Source: Octopus sinensis
Lineage: Eukaryota
Reading direction: 5' to 3'
Assembly (NCBI RefSeq): GCF_006345805.1
Contig: NC_042999.1
Coordinates: 2,542,001 to 2,606,000 of the forward strand
DNA: 64,000 bases
The position numbers and the translations under genes were made by a program. Position 1 is the first letter of the stretch; each line of letters starts with the position of its first letter. Under the pieces are notes generated by a model. The model worked only from the letters and a program-made list of their open reading frames with translations. It made no database searches and was not told where the DNA came from. Shown piece after piece: positions 11,843-26,086 of the stretch.

Positions 11843-13184
11843 AAAGCTAGCTGTATTGCAAAACTGATGGAATCGTGTGTCAGAGAAACACTCTGGAACT
11901 TCTGGAGCTTTCACAGTCTCATCCGACCCTCAATATGGATTTGTCCCTACTCCAGCTGCAGTGACCAGCTTGTCGAGTTCCTTGAGGACATTACTCAGAT
12001 CACTGACAGTGGCTCATGGGTGGATGTTTCTACCTTGACTTTGCTAAGGCTTTCAACTCTGTGCCACACAAAAGGCTTATGGTGAAACTCTCTGCAATGG
12101 GTGTGGGGGATGACCTTTTTAACTGGTTGAAATCCTTCATCCTCAGCCGAAAGGAGGTAGTCACAGTTCTAGGACAGCACTCTACACCATATGAGATGTC
12201 ATCGGGTGTACCACAGGGATCTGTCCTTGGTCCCCTCCTGTTTGTGGCATACATTAATGACATAGATGCCAATTTAAAGAATGCCACAGTATTGAAATAT
12301 GCAGACGACATCAAGCTGTACCTTAAAATCAAGAGGACTGATCCTGATGTCTAACAACTCTTTCCTGCAATCAGACCTAGACACAATGCAGCAATGGATC
12401 ACAGACTGGCAACTGAAACTGGCTGTGGACAAGTGTACCACCATGCATTTTGGGAGAAAAAACCCTGCGTCCACATACTACTCCCTCCACAACACTGATA
12501 TCAAGAAATCCTCTTGCGAGCGTGACCTAGGCATCACTGTCGCAGTGATTTGCGTTGGACAAAGCTATCTCTAAAATTGTCAAGAAGGCCGAGGGTGTCT
12601 TGGCATCACTCAGCAAGACTTTTGTTAGCCGCTCTCCAGCCATCTATTTAAAACTGTATACAGCTATGGTACGACCACACTTGGAATTCGCATCATCAGT
12701 TTGGAATCCCTATCTTGCTCAGAACATTGACCTCCTGGAATCTGTCCAGAGACGTGCAACCAAACGCATACCCTCCATCAGACACCTACCATATTCTGAG
12801 CGCCTTGTTTCCCTGGGCATGGATTCACTGAAGCTCCGGCGTCTGGCGACGGACTTGGTAAACACCCACAAGGTTATCAACCACCTCACCAACAACAACA
12901 CTGAACACTTTTTTGATCTCCATGTGTCTAACACACGTGGACATGCCTACAAAGTCAGAAAACAATACAGCTCCCATGACTTTCGGAAACATTTTTTCAC
13001 GCTCAGAGTTGCTGAAGCGTGGAATAAACTGCCTGCATCAGTTGTTGACTGCCATGACACTGCATCCTTTAAGGCCCTCATGCTTCCCGAAATCCGTCGA
13101 AACTACACCTGATTATATATACACTTTAGATGAGTTGTAGTGCACCTGAGCACTGTACACAATTATTATTATTATTATTATTAT
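11843..13184 (+). mobile_element. 5'-truncated CR1-clade LINE (RT plus C-terminal domain, frameshifted) with (ATT)n tail
   Basis: YLDFAKAFNSVPH, GVPQGSVLGPLLF, KYADDIKL, VRPHLEFASSVWNP, LESVQRRATK and TRGH motifs across ORFs 11819-13112. Confidence 0.93.
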
Positions 13185-13762
13185 AACACACACACACGCA
13201 CATATGCATACATACATACATATATACATGTACATACACACAGACACACACACACACACACATATACAAGGAGAGAAAGAGAGATGATGATGATGGTGAT
13301 GATGATAACACCAGCGATGTCACCACTGCCGATGGTGAAGATGATAGAAATGTCAATAGTGAAAATGATGATAGTGATGAAGACAATGATAATGGTGATA
13401 ATAATGGATAATGAAGATGTTGATGCCGATGATGATGATGATGATGTTAAATAAACATTCTGTAATTAATTTTTGTAATTAATTCAGTGCATCATGCTAT
13501 CTAATCATCTCTTATGCATTATCTTCGTTATCATCAATGTCATTATCTCTACTCCTAACTCTCAGGCAGCAAACTGGCAGAATCGTTAGCATGCCGGGCA
13601 AAACACTTAGTGGCTGCTATTTCTACTAAGTTCAGTATGTGGCAAAGTAATTTATTTTACTAAGCCCTAATTATATAATGTAATATTTTGAATTCGCCTT
13701 AATGGTCCTTTTACATACTGAACACTTGGTGAAATTGATTAATTAATTTTACCCTCAATTGT

Positions 13763-13804
<42 letters not shown>

Positions 13805-14040
13805 CGTTATATATATATATATATATATATCTTTTACTCTCTTTTATTTGTTTCAGTCATTTGACTGCGGCCATGCTGGAGCACCGCCTTTAAATCGAGC
13901 AACTCAACCCCAGCACTTATTCTTTGTAAGCCCAGTACTTATTCTATTGGTCTGTTTTGCCGAACCGCTAAGTTACGGGGACATAAACACACCAGCATCA
14001 GTTGTCAAGCAATGCTAGGAGGACAAACACAGACACACAA

Positions 14041-14071
<31 letters not shown>

Positions 14072-14108
14072 CGTATATATATATATATATATATAATATA
14101 TATATAAT

Positions 14109-14140
<32 letters not shown>

Positions 14141-14406
14141 ACAATATATTTCTTTATTGCCCAAAGGGGGCTAAATATAGAGAGAACAAACAAGGACAGA
14201 GTAAGGGATTAATCGATTAGATCAACCCCAGTGTGTAACTGGTACTTATTTAATCGAACCTGAAAGGATGAAAGGCAAAGTCAACTATGGTGGAATTTGA
14301 ACTCAGAACGTAATAGCAGACAAAATACCACTAAGCATTTCACCCAGCTTGCCAATAATTCTACCAGCTCACCACCCTATGTATAATTTTATTTATTTAT
14401 ATATAT

Positions 14407-14719
14407 ATATTAATTATAATAAAGCGTTAATTGCAACAAGTTGCTCAAAACCACATACCGAAAATCTTAGAAATAGCAGCCAAATAGATCACTATTTCTA
14501 CTACTAGTAAAAAAGTCTCCCCAACCACCAGTGGATCCAATAGGCTGGGATTTCGTTGTTTTCTTTCTCTTTACCATATACGAGTTGCAAATTCTGTTTG
14601 TTTGTGGAGACTTTTTTACTAGTAGTAGAAATAGTGATCTATTTGGCTGCTATTTCTAAGATTTTTGGTATGTGGTTTTGAGCAACTTGTTGCAATTAAC
14701 CCTTTATTATAATTAATAT
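14407..14719. repeat. Fold-back with 114-bp arms and 85-bp spacer
   Basis: 14407-14520 versus 14606-14719, two mismatches seen. Confidence 0.9.
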
Positions 14720-14812
14720 AATTCTTACCAAATATGGTCATTTCCATACTGAAAAAACTACTTGGTGAAATTTATTAATTTTTATTAAATTAATTATATT
14801 TCACCCTTTTTG

Positions 14813-14856
<44 letters not shown>

Positions 14857-14857
<1 letters not shown>

Positions 14858-15494
14858 ATAAAATTAAGGAGAGGAGAAAACAAATTCAAAGGCCAATGTA
14901 TTTATTCATTCAATCCATATTAACGAAGTTCTCCATGGTATACAAAGTGCATACATAGAGGCATTCATCTATAGGATATATAACAAATTTCTAAGAATTT
15001 ATAAATACATACATATACTCGAAAATATACAAGTGCATAAAAATCATACACATATAAAAAGTTGTAAGTCCATAAATGTACTTGCGAAGTCCAAATGAAG
15101 AGGATGATAAAGCGGATGTAAAACGATTCATAAGGAGTCTGGAACATATATAAAGTCTATGTATAAAGTGTTACGGCTTATGAATCATATTATATTTGCT
15201 TTATCTTCCTTTCCATTTGGACTTCACAAATACATTATAGACTTACACTTTTTATATACTTATATTTATGAATTTTTATGTGTTTATAAATTTTTATATG
15301 TGTTAGAATTTTTATATAATTATAAATTTTCGTGTATATGTATGTAGTTATAAATTCTTGGAAACTTTTTATGTATCATATACATGAATGATCTATGTAT
15401 GTACTTTTTATACCATGGAGAATTTCATTAATATGGATTGAATGAATATATACATCGGCCTTTGAATTTGTTTTCTCCTCTCCTTAATTGTATA
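14857..15494. mobile_element. Fold-back/MITE-like element, nearly self-complementary end to end
   Basis: Ends tataaaattaaggagaggagaaaacaaattcaaaggcc / ggcctttgaatttgttttctcctctccttaattgtata. Complementarity decays toward ~15150. Confidence 0.75.
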
Positions 15495-15582
15495 TTCCTG
15501 AAGTTCTCTCAGAGTGCTCCTCGGTTGAGCTGTATAAAGTGGATACCTATATCACTTATTTCTTCATTATATATATATATAA

Positions 15583-15650
<68 letters not shown>

Positions 15651-16152
15651 TAATAATAGGCAGTATAACTCCAAACTTACAGGGAAAAATTCAATTTGGT
15701 ATTAAATCAAATTTCACAATATAAATATATAATATATATGAATTAGAGAAAAACCGCTATTATGTAATTCTAACAATGATGGACATAAACCAAATCATAC
15801 AGAAAAAATAAAATATATTATAAAGCATTTATCTAGATCACAAAAAGTACATATATTTTATTTTTTCTATATGATATGTTTTATGCCTATCATTGTTTGA
15901 AATACATAATAGTGGTTTTTCTCTAATTTGTATATATATGCATATATATATATTTTTTTTTTTTCCACCCCCTCTCCTCATCAACCTTCTTCTTCTTCTA
16001 CCCAACCAAGAATTCACAACGGCCTCGAACACACAAGTGCAAACATAGGAGACAGAGAAAGGCAGAATGCTACTTATATTTGAACACTATACAAATATTC
16101 CTTTAAAAAAACTTTTCTTTTAATTTTTCCAAATTTAATTATTTAATCATTA

Positions 16153-16190
16153 CAGTTGAAAAGGTCTCAAAATGACCGAAACCGGTACTG
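16153..16190 (+). ncRNA. Minimal type-I hammerhead ribozyme candidate with U3-A8 core variant
   Basis: CAG-UUGAAAA-GGUC(ucaaaau)GACC-GAA-ACCGGU-A-CUG: stems I and II pair and stem III is palindromic. Confidence 0.65.
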
Positions 16191-16254
16191 AAATGTTCTT
16201 TATAAAATTATTTTAGCATTTTCTATTTTGACTTGTTTTTTCATATATATATAT

Positions 16255-16590
16255 ATATATATATATACATACATACACACAGAGACATACAATGAGCTTC
16301 CATACATTTTCCATCCACCAAATTTCACTTACAAGCCATTATTATAAGTGAAATTTGGTGGATGGAAAATGTATGGAAGCTCATTGTATGTCTCTGTGTG
16401 TATGTATATATATATATATACATACACACAGAGACATACGATGAGCTTCCATACATTTTCCATCCACCAAATTTCACTTACAAGCCATTGTTCTTTACAA
16501 AGGTGCAGTAAAAACATACTTACACAAGATGCCTCAGGCTGAGATTGAACCCCAATCCATGTGGCTGTGAAGCAAGTTTCTTAACCACAA
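16255..16590 (-). mobile_element. SINE A-related copy with direct-inverted-direct triplication
   Basis: Segments 16255-16331, 16345-16413 (inverted) and 16414-16490. Confidence 0.8.
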
Positions 16591-16619
16591 AGCTATTGAA
16601 AAAAAAAAAAAAGCAAATG

Positions 16620-17200
16620 CTAGATGTGCAACGGTGATAAATATGCTTGACTTGTTCTGTAAAGCTGTGTGTTAAATCGTTTTGAAATGAACTGGCAGTC
16701 GAGTTAGTTATCTGAGTAAATTATTTAGAAAGACCATAGGAGAAACAGTTTCTATTAAACAAATCTTATAGAAAGGACAGCATTACATTACAATCAATCA
16801 AAATCGACAAAAGTATATTCCCCTTGCTTGAACAATTAAACTACATTTGGAAATAGTTGAATCATTCACCATTCACTGACCAATACAACAAGGGACATTC
16901 TTAAAATAAAAGAACTTATTCTTCGAGTTTAAAATACTTAGCGAACTTAACAATGAGAGATAATGGATTACAGAAATGTATATCTGACACATCCCTTTAC
17001 AATTAAATTGCCCATTTTTACAACGATGTATGTTTGAAAATAGGAAAGAAATATATATAAAATGTTATACAAAATTTGGTCTTTTTTTTATGTAAGAGAA
17101 ATGTCTTTATTTTCTTCGTTTTTCTGTTTTTAAACTAAATAAAGGTAACGCCACTGCAGATATTTCAATCGTTAAGTTGTTTTGATCTTCCTGCAGCTAT
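16620..17200 (+). pseudogene. Possible highly degraded Penelope-like GIY-YIG 3' region
   Basis: Short frames TIGETVSIKQ (YIGET-like) and RDILKIKELIL (LxIKExxLI-like), with many stops. Confidence 0.35.
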
Positions 17201-17391
17201 CTTTCTTTTTATTTTAACTCATTTCAAACAGTGATTTTCAATTATTGCACACAACAAACTCATCTATTCCAACTGGTTGCATTCAATCTAAGGCACATTT
17301 TTATACCAAATGACACATGGGAAATTAATTAGAACTCATTTGAAAGCCTGTAATGAGCAAATAATTCATTTTTTTCTCATTTGTTTATTTG

Positions 17392-17436
<45 letters not shown>

Positions 17437-18325
17437 CACACAGACATGCATACATATATACATACATATATACATACACACACACATATATATACACACA
17501 TACATACACACAGACATGCATATATACATACATACATACATATATACATACATATATACATACATATATACATACATACATGTATATATATATATATATA
17601 TGATGCATTAATGCTCCTATTCATTGAAAGATTTAGGTTTATTTACAAACAGTATTTTTCTGCTGGAGATGAAAATTAAAGGAAAACAATTTTTAAGGGA
17701 TGAAATTTTTCTCAGAAAATTAGAAACTTGGGAATATATTTCTTAATGTCCATTTATTTAGTTTAAAAACCATCATCATCATCATCATCATCGTCATTAT
17801 TATCATCATTATCATTATTGTTGTTGTTGTTGTTGTTGTTGTGGTGGTGGTGGTGGTGCTGATGATGATGAGGAGGAGGGGAGGATTTTTGCCTTTGTTT
17901 TATTTTATACAAGCTGCACCCTAGCCTCATCCAGAGATGTCCAATGGAAAACGAGTTTTTCGCATCTAAAGATGCAAAACAGCTGAGATATCATGCAATT
18001 GAAAAACGGATTATTATTTTCCCTCCCCACTATTGGGGATTCTATTTGTTAATTATTTATTTTCCTAATTTCTATTTATAAATCCTTTTGTTATATCCTT
18101 TAATGTTGTAATGTTTCCTCTTGATCGATGTAAACCCTACCTATTTTCTGCGAAGTATCTCGTCCTTTGATAGTGTCCTCCATGTCTTGGGTTTGTGTGG
18201 CCAATAAAAGAAATCATTACTTTTTTTTTTGTCATTTCATTATTATATGTAAACTCCCACACTTTATGTCTGTCTCTGTATTGTCTCCCACATCTTTTGC
18301 CCTTATGGCGAATAAATGAAATCTT

Positions 18326-18635
18326 CATCATCATTTAACGTCCACTTTCCATGCCAGCATGGGTTGGACGATTTTGACTGAGGACTGGCAAACCAGATGG
18401 CTGCACCAGGCTCCAATCTTGATCTGGCAGAGTTTCTACAGCTGGATGCCCTTCCTAACGCTAACCACTCCGAGAATGTAGTGGGTGTCTTTTACATGCC
18501 AACGGCACGGGGGCCAGTCAGGCAGTACTGGCAATGACCTCACTCGAATCTTTTTACACATGCCACTGGTACAGGTGCCAGTAAGGTGACATTGGTAACG
18601 ATCACGCTTGAATGGTGCCCTTTTACATGCCACCA
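18326..18635 (-). mobile_element. RTE 3'-UTR fragment
   Basis: (ATC)n tail plus ggatgcccttcctaacgctaacc. Confidence 0.85.
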
Positions 18636-18639
18636 TTGC

Positions 18640-18965
18640 CTTTGCACAGCTACTAACACTGGAGATGTACTACGGGGTCAGCTGCTCATGGCCAGTGAAC
18701 TACGGTAACACCCTTTATTTTTTGAGCACCATCTGGAGTATTTGAGTGGTTCCAAGCAGTGCTCTTTTCTGCAAGTACTCCACCCTTATTGCAGCCCCTA
18801 TTTGTTCCATGTACATCATCAAGATTTTTACTCACTGTTCCCAGGGCTCCAACAATTATTTGTACTACTGCCACCTTTTTCATCAACCACAACTGCTTAA
18901 CATCCCAAGCTAACCTCTTATATCTGTCGACTTTTCTTTCTTTCTTATCTATAAACACAGGCATA
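18640..18965 (-). pseudogene. R4/Dong-clade restriction-like endonuclease C-terminal fragment
   Basis: KVDRYKRLAWDVKQLWLMKKVAVVQIIVGALGTV, then LQKxALLGT in a shifted frame. Confidence 0.75.
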
Positions 18966-19654
18966 AATGTGCGGTAAGAAATTTACTATCTCACTAAGGC
19001 GGCGAGCTGGCAGAAACGTTCATCTGCTGTTACGTTCTGAGTTCAAATTCCGTTGATGTCAACTTTACCTTTCATCCTTTCGGGTTCAATAAATTAAATA
19101 CCAGTTACACACTGGGGTCGATGTAATCGACTTAATCCCTTTGTCTGCCCTTGTTTGTCCCCTCTGTGTTTAGCCCCTTGTGGGCAATAAAGAAATAAAA
19201 AATTTGCTATCCCACCACATGGTTCTGAGTCCAGTCCTAATGTGTGGCACTGTGGGCAAGTGTCTTTTACAATCATGAGATTGTGGCCATGCTGGGGCAC
19301 CATGTTGAAGAATATTAGTCAAACAAAATGACCCCAGTACTTATCTTATTTTAAGCCTGGTATTTATTTTATTGGGCTTTTTTGCTGAACTGCTCAGTTA
19401 CAAGGATGTAAACACACCAGCACTGGTTGCTGAGTAGTGGTCGGGGATAAACACACACACACATATACATATGTATTATGACAGGCTTCTTTCCGTTTCC
19501 ATCTACCAAATCCTCTCACAAGGTTTTGGTTAGCCAAAAGATACATTATAGGAAAAGACACTTGCCCAAGGCGAGGGAATGAACTCAGAGCCATGTGGTT
19601 AAGAAGTAAACTTCTTACCACACAGCCACACCTGCACCTATATCTCTTTTACTC

Positions 19655-19867
19655 TTTACTCTTTTACTTGTTTCAGTCATTTGACTGTGGCCATGCTGGA
19701 GCACCGCCTTTTAGTCGAGCAAATCGACCCCAGGACTTATTCTTTGTAAGCCCAGTACTTATTCTATCGGTCACTTTTTTGCCGAACCGCTAAGTAACGG
19801 GGACGTAAACACCAGCATCGGTTGTCAAGCAATGCTAGGGGGACAAACACAGACACACAAACACACA

Positions 19868-19904
<37 letters not shown>

Positions 19905-20070
19905 TACGACAGGCTTCTTTCAGTTTCCGTCTACCAAATCCACTCACAAGGCATTGGTCGGCCTGGGGCTATAGCAGAGGACACTTGCCCAAGATGCCAC
20001 ACAGTGGGACTGAACCTGGAACCATGTGGTTGGTTAGCAAGCTACTTACCACACAGCCACGCCTGCACCT
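19655..20070 (-). mobile_element. SINE family A, full length, adjacent to another copy at ~19280-19640
   Basis: Reverse-complement match to 2442-2853. Confidence 0.9.
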
Positions 20071-20570
20071 ATATAATTATATTTAATTATGTATTTATTT
20101 ATTTATTCGTTTATTTATTTCTATGACTGATAGATTGATTGATTCTCAGCATTCTTTCAATCGCTCATTCTTTCATTCAGTCATTCATTAAAGTGCACCA
20201 AACACAAGAGAAATGAGGAAATAGTCTGTAATAGGATAATTATGAGGTGTTCGTAGCAAACTGCCTATTTTCAAATTGCAAGCCATCATTCTTGTCATTC
20301 TCTAATGAATGAACGAACTAATCAATGCAAAAATTAGCAAGCTTATTAACCCAATGAAAATTGCTAATCACTCTTGAAATTCAAATAACTATGAAATATT
20401 CCATTAGACGGAAGGTATACATCATACACACACTCACAGACACACAGACACACACATTCATACGTACACACAGATGTACTATATACAACAAACACACTGA
20501 CTCATGCATAGATATATGCATGTGTGTGTATACATTTATATATGCTTATGTGCATGATATATGTGTGCAT

Positions 20571-20605
<35 letters not shown>

Positions 20606-20841
20606 CATGCATGTATATATACATGTCTGTGTGTGTGTTCATGCATGCATGTGTATAGACACATATAAATATGTGTGTGTGTGTGTCTGTGGTTATTTAT
20701 GTATATATAGATGTGTGTATGTATGCATATGTACATATGTACATACATATATATATATATAAATATATATATTTGTATATATACTTACATAGATACACAT
20801 ATACATACATATATACATATAGATAGATTGATAGATGTATG

Positions 20842-20873
<32 letters not shown>

Positions 20874-21621
20874 ACACACACACACACTCATACACACACA
20901 TGCAATCATTCTTTTCTCCTTTGATTTATCTCAAATACATACTCTCTCACACACACCCATACACACAAACACACACACACACACACACATACACATATAC
21001 ACACGTGCCACCTTCACTCCCCCATTTACGGATACATGCGCAGCAACACAGAGAAAAACTCAAATCCCGCTTTTTATTATTCCCCCTTCAAAATGCCAAT
21101 TATATAATCAAAGGAAAATTGCAGCCCCTTATCCAGGCTATTATTGGAAATTGACCATACACTTGGGATATTGTCGGCCAATTGATATTGGAATTCATGG
21201 GAAGGTTCCACTGTTCACTCACAGACTAAGCTGCTATTCCTAATTCTAATTGAAGGAATATAGATCTACTTAGAATTGGTTTTAGTGATTTAAAGAAGTT
21301 TTCTAATATGTGGGTCCATGCAAATGAAAGGATATATGTGTTATGTATGTATGTGTGTGTGTGTGTGCGTGTGTGTTTATACATACATGTATTCATACAT
21401 ATCCATATGTATGTACATGTGTACATCTTATGTAGCATATATATATATAGGTGCAGAAGTGGCTGTGTGGTAAGAAGCTTGCTTCCCAACCACATGGTTC
21501 CAGGTTCAGTCCCATTGTGTGGCACATTGGGCAAGTATTTTGTACTATAGTCATAGGCTCCTCAAAGCTTTGTAAATGGATTTGGTAGATGGAAACTGAA
21601 AGAAGTCTGTTGTATATATAT

Positions 21622-21800
21622 AGGGAGAATTCACGAGAAAAACAAAAGACAAAGGCAGGTGGTGTAGAAAACAAACAGATGTATTAGTATAACGCTCAGG
21701 AATAGAAAAAGTCTTTTATGTTTCGAGCCTATGCTCTTCCACAGAAAGGAACAAAGAGAGAAAATAAAGAATGTGTTGTGGCTGCTGATCTATCATGGCG
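21622..21800 (-). mobile_element. ~180-bp hammerhead-like element inserted in the (TA)n tract of a SINE A
   Basis: Minus-strand 21748-21713: CUUU-CUGUGGA-A-GAGC(auag)GCUC-GAAAC-AU-A-AAAG. Related to 55641-55852. Confidence 0.6.
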
Positions 21801-21805
21801 ATATA

Positions 21806-21877
<72 letters not shown>

Positions 21878-23135
21878 ATGTATGCATTTGTGTTTCTTGA
21901 CAACCAATGTTTGGTGTGTTTACATCCCCTTAACTTAATGGTTCAGCAGAAGAGACCAATTCAGTAAGTTCCAGCCTTACAATAAATCCTGGGGTCGATT
22001 TGTTTGACTAAGGGTGGTGCTCCTGCATAGCTGCAGTCAAAGGACTGGAAAAAGTAAGAGAAAGAATACGTGTATATACACACACACACACACACACACG
22101 CGCGCGCATACACATAAAAACTAGATATGAATATGTGTGAGTCTGTGTGTGGAGAGAGAGAGAGAGAGAGAGAGTGTGCAAGTGATGGTTTGATAACTAA
22201 GTTGGTAAGTTGGTTGTTTGGAAAAATCTTGTTACTCAACCACATGGTTCTGGGTTCAATTCCACTGCATTTTATATTGAGCAGGTGTCACCTACTAGAG
22301 ACTTGGTCGAACTAAAGTTTTGTGAGATGATTTGATAGACAGAAACTGAAAGAAGCACATTGTATATGCACGTGTGTGTGTGTGTTTGACTCCTACCTGG
22401 GACAACTGGTGTTGGTGTGTTTACGTCCCTGTAACTTAGCAGTTTGGCAAAAGAGATCAATAGAATAAATACCTGACTTTTGAAAAAGTAAGTCCTGGGT
22501 TCGATTCATTCAACTTAAAATTCTTTAAAGCAGTGCCCCAGCATGGCCACAGTCTAATTACTGAAACAAATAAAAACAAAAAGACAAAAGACATACATAC
22601 ACACACGTTTTTATATTCAATATATATATATGTGTGTGTGTGTGCATCTTATATTCATTTTACATATATTAGCTATAGATATATATGTGTGTCGCCAACA
22701 CCTCTTATGTCCATTTCCTATGTTCCTGCCTTTAGGCTTTCACTTTTCTTACATACCAGCTCAATTTGATTCATTCTCAGTCGAAAGACACCTGTTGTTA
22801 TATTCTTGTTGTTTGTATATGTAATTGTGTCCCATACTCTCTGTTTTTTTTGTCTTTGTTGCCATACACATTCGCTAGCTTTCTTACAAAAATATATAAT
22901 GCTCTTAGCTTAGACGTTTTGGGGGGCAACCAGATCAAACAGTCTCAAGTGTAACTGCCTGAAACAGTAAGGACTTCTGGTAACTTGACTGAGGAAAGAA
23001 GGCCACGAATGACCAGTCTTATTTTTGGCCTGTCCTTCTAATTGTTGTTTCTCCTGTCTTCCTTTGTATCGTCTAACTGTCCGAATGTTTTATTGTCCTC
23101 TATTGCATTTTTGTTCCATTTTTATATATATACAT

Positions 23136-23173
<38 letters not shown>

Positions 23174-23755
23174 TCACACACACACACTCATTTATATATG
23201 CATATAAAACTATACATATATATGTGTATGGAGATAGAGAGAAAGAAAGAAAGTGTGTGTATGTGTGTGTGCACATATGTGTGCAAGCAATATACTGTAA
23301 ATGCATGCACACACATTCTCATATATACATATAAATACATATTCATATGTATTCATATTTTACTACATACATACATGTACATGCAGACACACACACACAC
23401 ACACGCACACACACATATATATAAATACACAAACACATGCCATTTTATGTATTTATTTATTGTACTTCAACATAGATTTAGCTATTAATCCCTATTCTTT
23501 ACTACAGCTCAAAAATAAATGCTCGTTAGTTAATTATTTTCCTGACCTGAGCACAGAAAAAAAACAAAAAAAAAGGCAAATGTTAATTTAGAGACAATTC
23601 TGAAGAATATTGATTTCTTTCAGAAGGCAGAAAATTGGCCAATTGTTTCTACAGAGGATTGTTTTAGACATTTCAATCCCCTATTAATTTATTATAGGCA
23701 ATCCCCTATGATATATTATAAGCAATTGAATTAGCCATAATATATTATTATCATT

Positions 23756-23840
<85 letters not shown>

Positions 23841-24061
23841 TAATAATAATAATCAGGCATTGAGCTGGTAGAATCACTAGCATGTCGGTATTTCGCCTGT
23901 GGCTACATTCTGAGTTCAAATTCTGCCAAGTTCAAATTTGCCTTTCATCCTTTCGGGGTGGGGGTCGATAAATTAAGTACCAGTTGTGTACTGGTGTCGA
24001 TGTAATTGACTACTCCCCTCCCCCAAAATTTCAGGCCTTGTGCCTATACTGGAAAAGATTA

Positions 24062-24111
<50 letters not shown>

Positions 24112-24892
24112 AATCAAGTATCAAGCTGGCAGAATCGTTAGCATGCAAGGCAAAATGCTTAGTGGCATTTCATCTTTACACTTGCAGCTATGGTCTGAGT
24201 TCAAATTTTGCCGAGGTCAACTTTACCTTTCATCCTTTCAAGATCAATAAATTAAGTATCGGTGAAATACTTGGGTCAATATTATCAACTAGTTTCCCCG
24301 CCCCACCCCCCCAAAAAAATGTCAGGCCTTGTGCTTTGGTAGAAAGGATTATTATTATTATTATTATTACTCAGGTGGCAAGCTGGCATACTGAGCAAAT
24401 TGCTTAGCAGAATTTCTTCTATTTTTATGGTCTGAGTTCAAATCGTGGTTTGGCAAAAGAGACCAATAGAATAAGAACTAGGCTTACAAAGAATAAGTTC
24501 CGGGGTTGATTTGTTCAACTGAAGGTGGTGCTCCAGCATGGCCACAGTCAACTGACTGAAAGAAGTAAAGGAATAAAAGAAAACCATTATTAAGTGGGTG
24601 AGCTGGCAGAATTGTTGGCATTCCCAGAACCATGTTGTTGGGAAGTGAACCACTCATTCTGCAGCTAAATAAAGATCAAAAGAGAAGACAAAAAAATCAG
24701 ACTGAGGAATTATATTCCAGGTTGTAACTTTTGGCACAAGACAAGCGATTTCGGAGGAGGGAAGTTGATTACATCGACCCCACTGGTCAACTGGTACCTA
24801 TTTCATAAACCTTGAAAGGACAAAAGGCAAAGTCGATCTGAGTGGAATGTGAACTCTGCCCAGTAGACTAACAATTCTGTCAGCTCACCACC

Positions 24893-24930
<38 letters not shown>

Positions 24931-25139
24931 TGTTTTAAGGCCAGCAATTTCGGGAAGGGAATGAGTCAGTTACATTGACCCCAGTGTTCCTCTGGTACTT
25001 ATTTTATCGATCCTGACAGGATGAAAGGCAAAGTCAACCTAAGCAACATTTGAACTCAGATCAGATGCCAAAAAGCATGTTATCAGGCACAGTAATAATT
25101 TTGCCTACTTTCCTCCTTTATTATGATAATGATAATAAT

Positions 25140-25695
25140 AATGTGGCAGGAATGATCCATTGGGAGCTTTGTGGAAATCACAGCCTACAGAGAGCATAGA
25201 CGTGGTATGGCCAAATATCCCAGAAGGAGTTACCAAGATGCAATGATTCGGTGTGACCATTAGATCAGACATCGGAAACCTGACATTTGTGAAGAGCAAA
25301 AAAATAAAGAACATGCATGATAATCAACATAGCATGTCTTGGTGACAACAGCATCAAAGACAAAGAAGAAGAAAAACTGAACAACTATGACGATTTGAAG
25401 TGGGAAATAAGCAGATTGTGGGCAATGAAGAGAGTGGACATGATACCAATAGTAATTGGCACATTTTGGAAGTATCAGCACTCAACTACCAACATAATTC
25501 AAAAAGATTGGTACAAATGTAAAGACAGAATACCTACAAAATTCAGCATTGCTTGAAAGTGCAAGTGTTGTCCGTGGGGCTCTTGAAGCATGACCAGTAA
25601 ACAAGTGTCATCTTAGTCTCCTGGCTATGGATAACTGACACTTTCCATCATATCAGCGAAATAAAGCTGAGATTTTTCATGATAAAATTATAATG
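25140..25695 (+). pseudogene. R4/Dong-clade LINE 3' fragment (RLE domain plus 3' UTR) next to an (AAT)n-like tract
   Basis: VAGMIHWELC, RHRKPDI, IINIACLGDNSIKDKEEEKLNNYDDLKWEISRLWAMKRVDMIPIVIG, YLQNSALLES. Confidence 0.85.
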
Positions 25696-25697
25696 AA

Positions 25698-26086
25698 CTA
25701 GCAGTATCGCCCAGCGTTGCTCAGGTTTGTTTCGACCCTTTAGAATTGGAATTTTTGAAAAGTAAAAGTTTTGCATTATGTAGCTTGTTATTTAAGTGAA
25801 CATTTTTCTGGTTGAAATACACCGAAAAATGGTGACACAGCCGTCAAAAAAACGTAAAAAATAGAGATTTTCATAGAAAAAAAAGCACCTTTTTGATGTA
25901 AATAATTTTTGGTGTTAACATGGTCCTATTTGAATTTTTTCTTCTACTGAAGGAAGAGCAAGCCTTCTTCTATCATACTCTCAATTTTGGTCAACTTGCG
26001 CCGCAGGGGCTCGGAGGAGATAGTGTTAGTTGAAGGCTACCAAACCTGCCATACACAGACAACTTCAGCTTTATATATAGAGAGAT
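25698..26086 (-). mobile_element. Non-autonomous Helitron-like element, same termini as 10605-10990
   Basis: ctagcagtatcgcccagcgttgctcagg end and tttatatatagagagat end. Confidence 0.7.

Noticed and set aside
22965-23010. Hammerhead in ctgaggaaagaaggccacgaatgacc (related motifs near 3500 and 6750)
   Set aside because: Stems II and III could not be formed convincingly and GAAA is missing.
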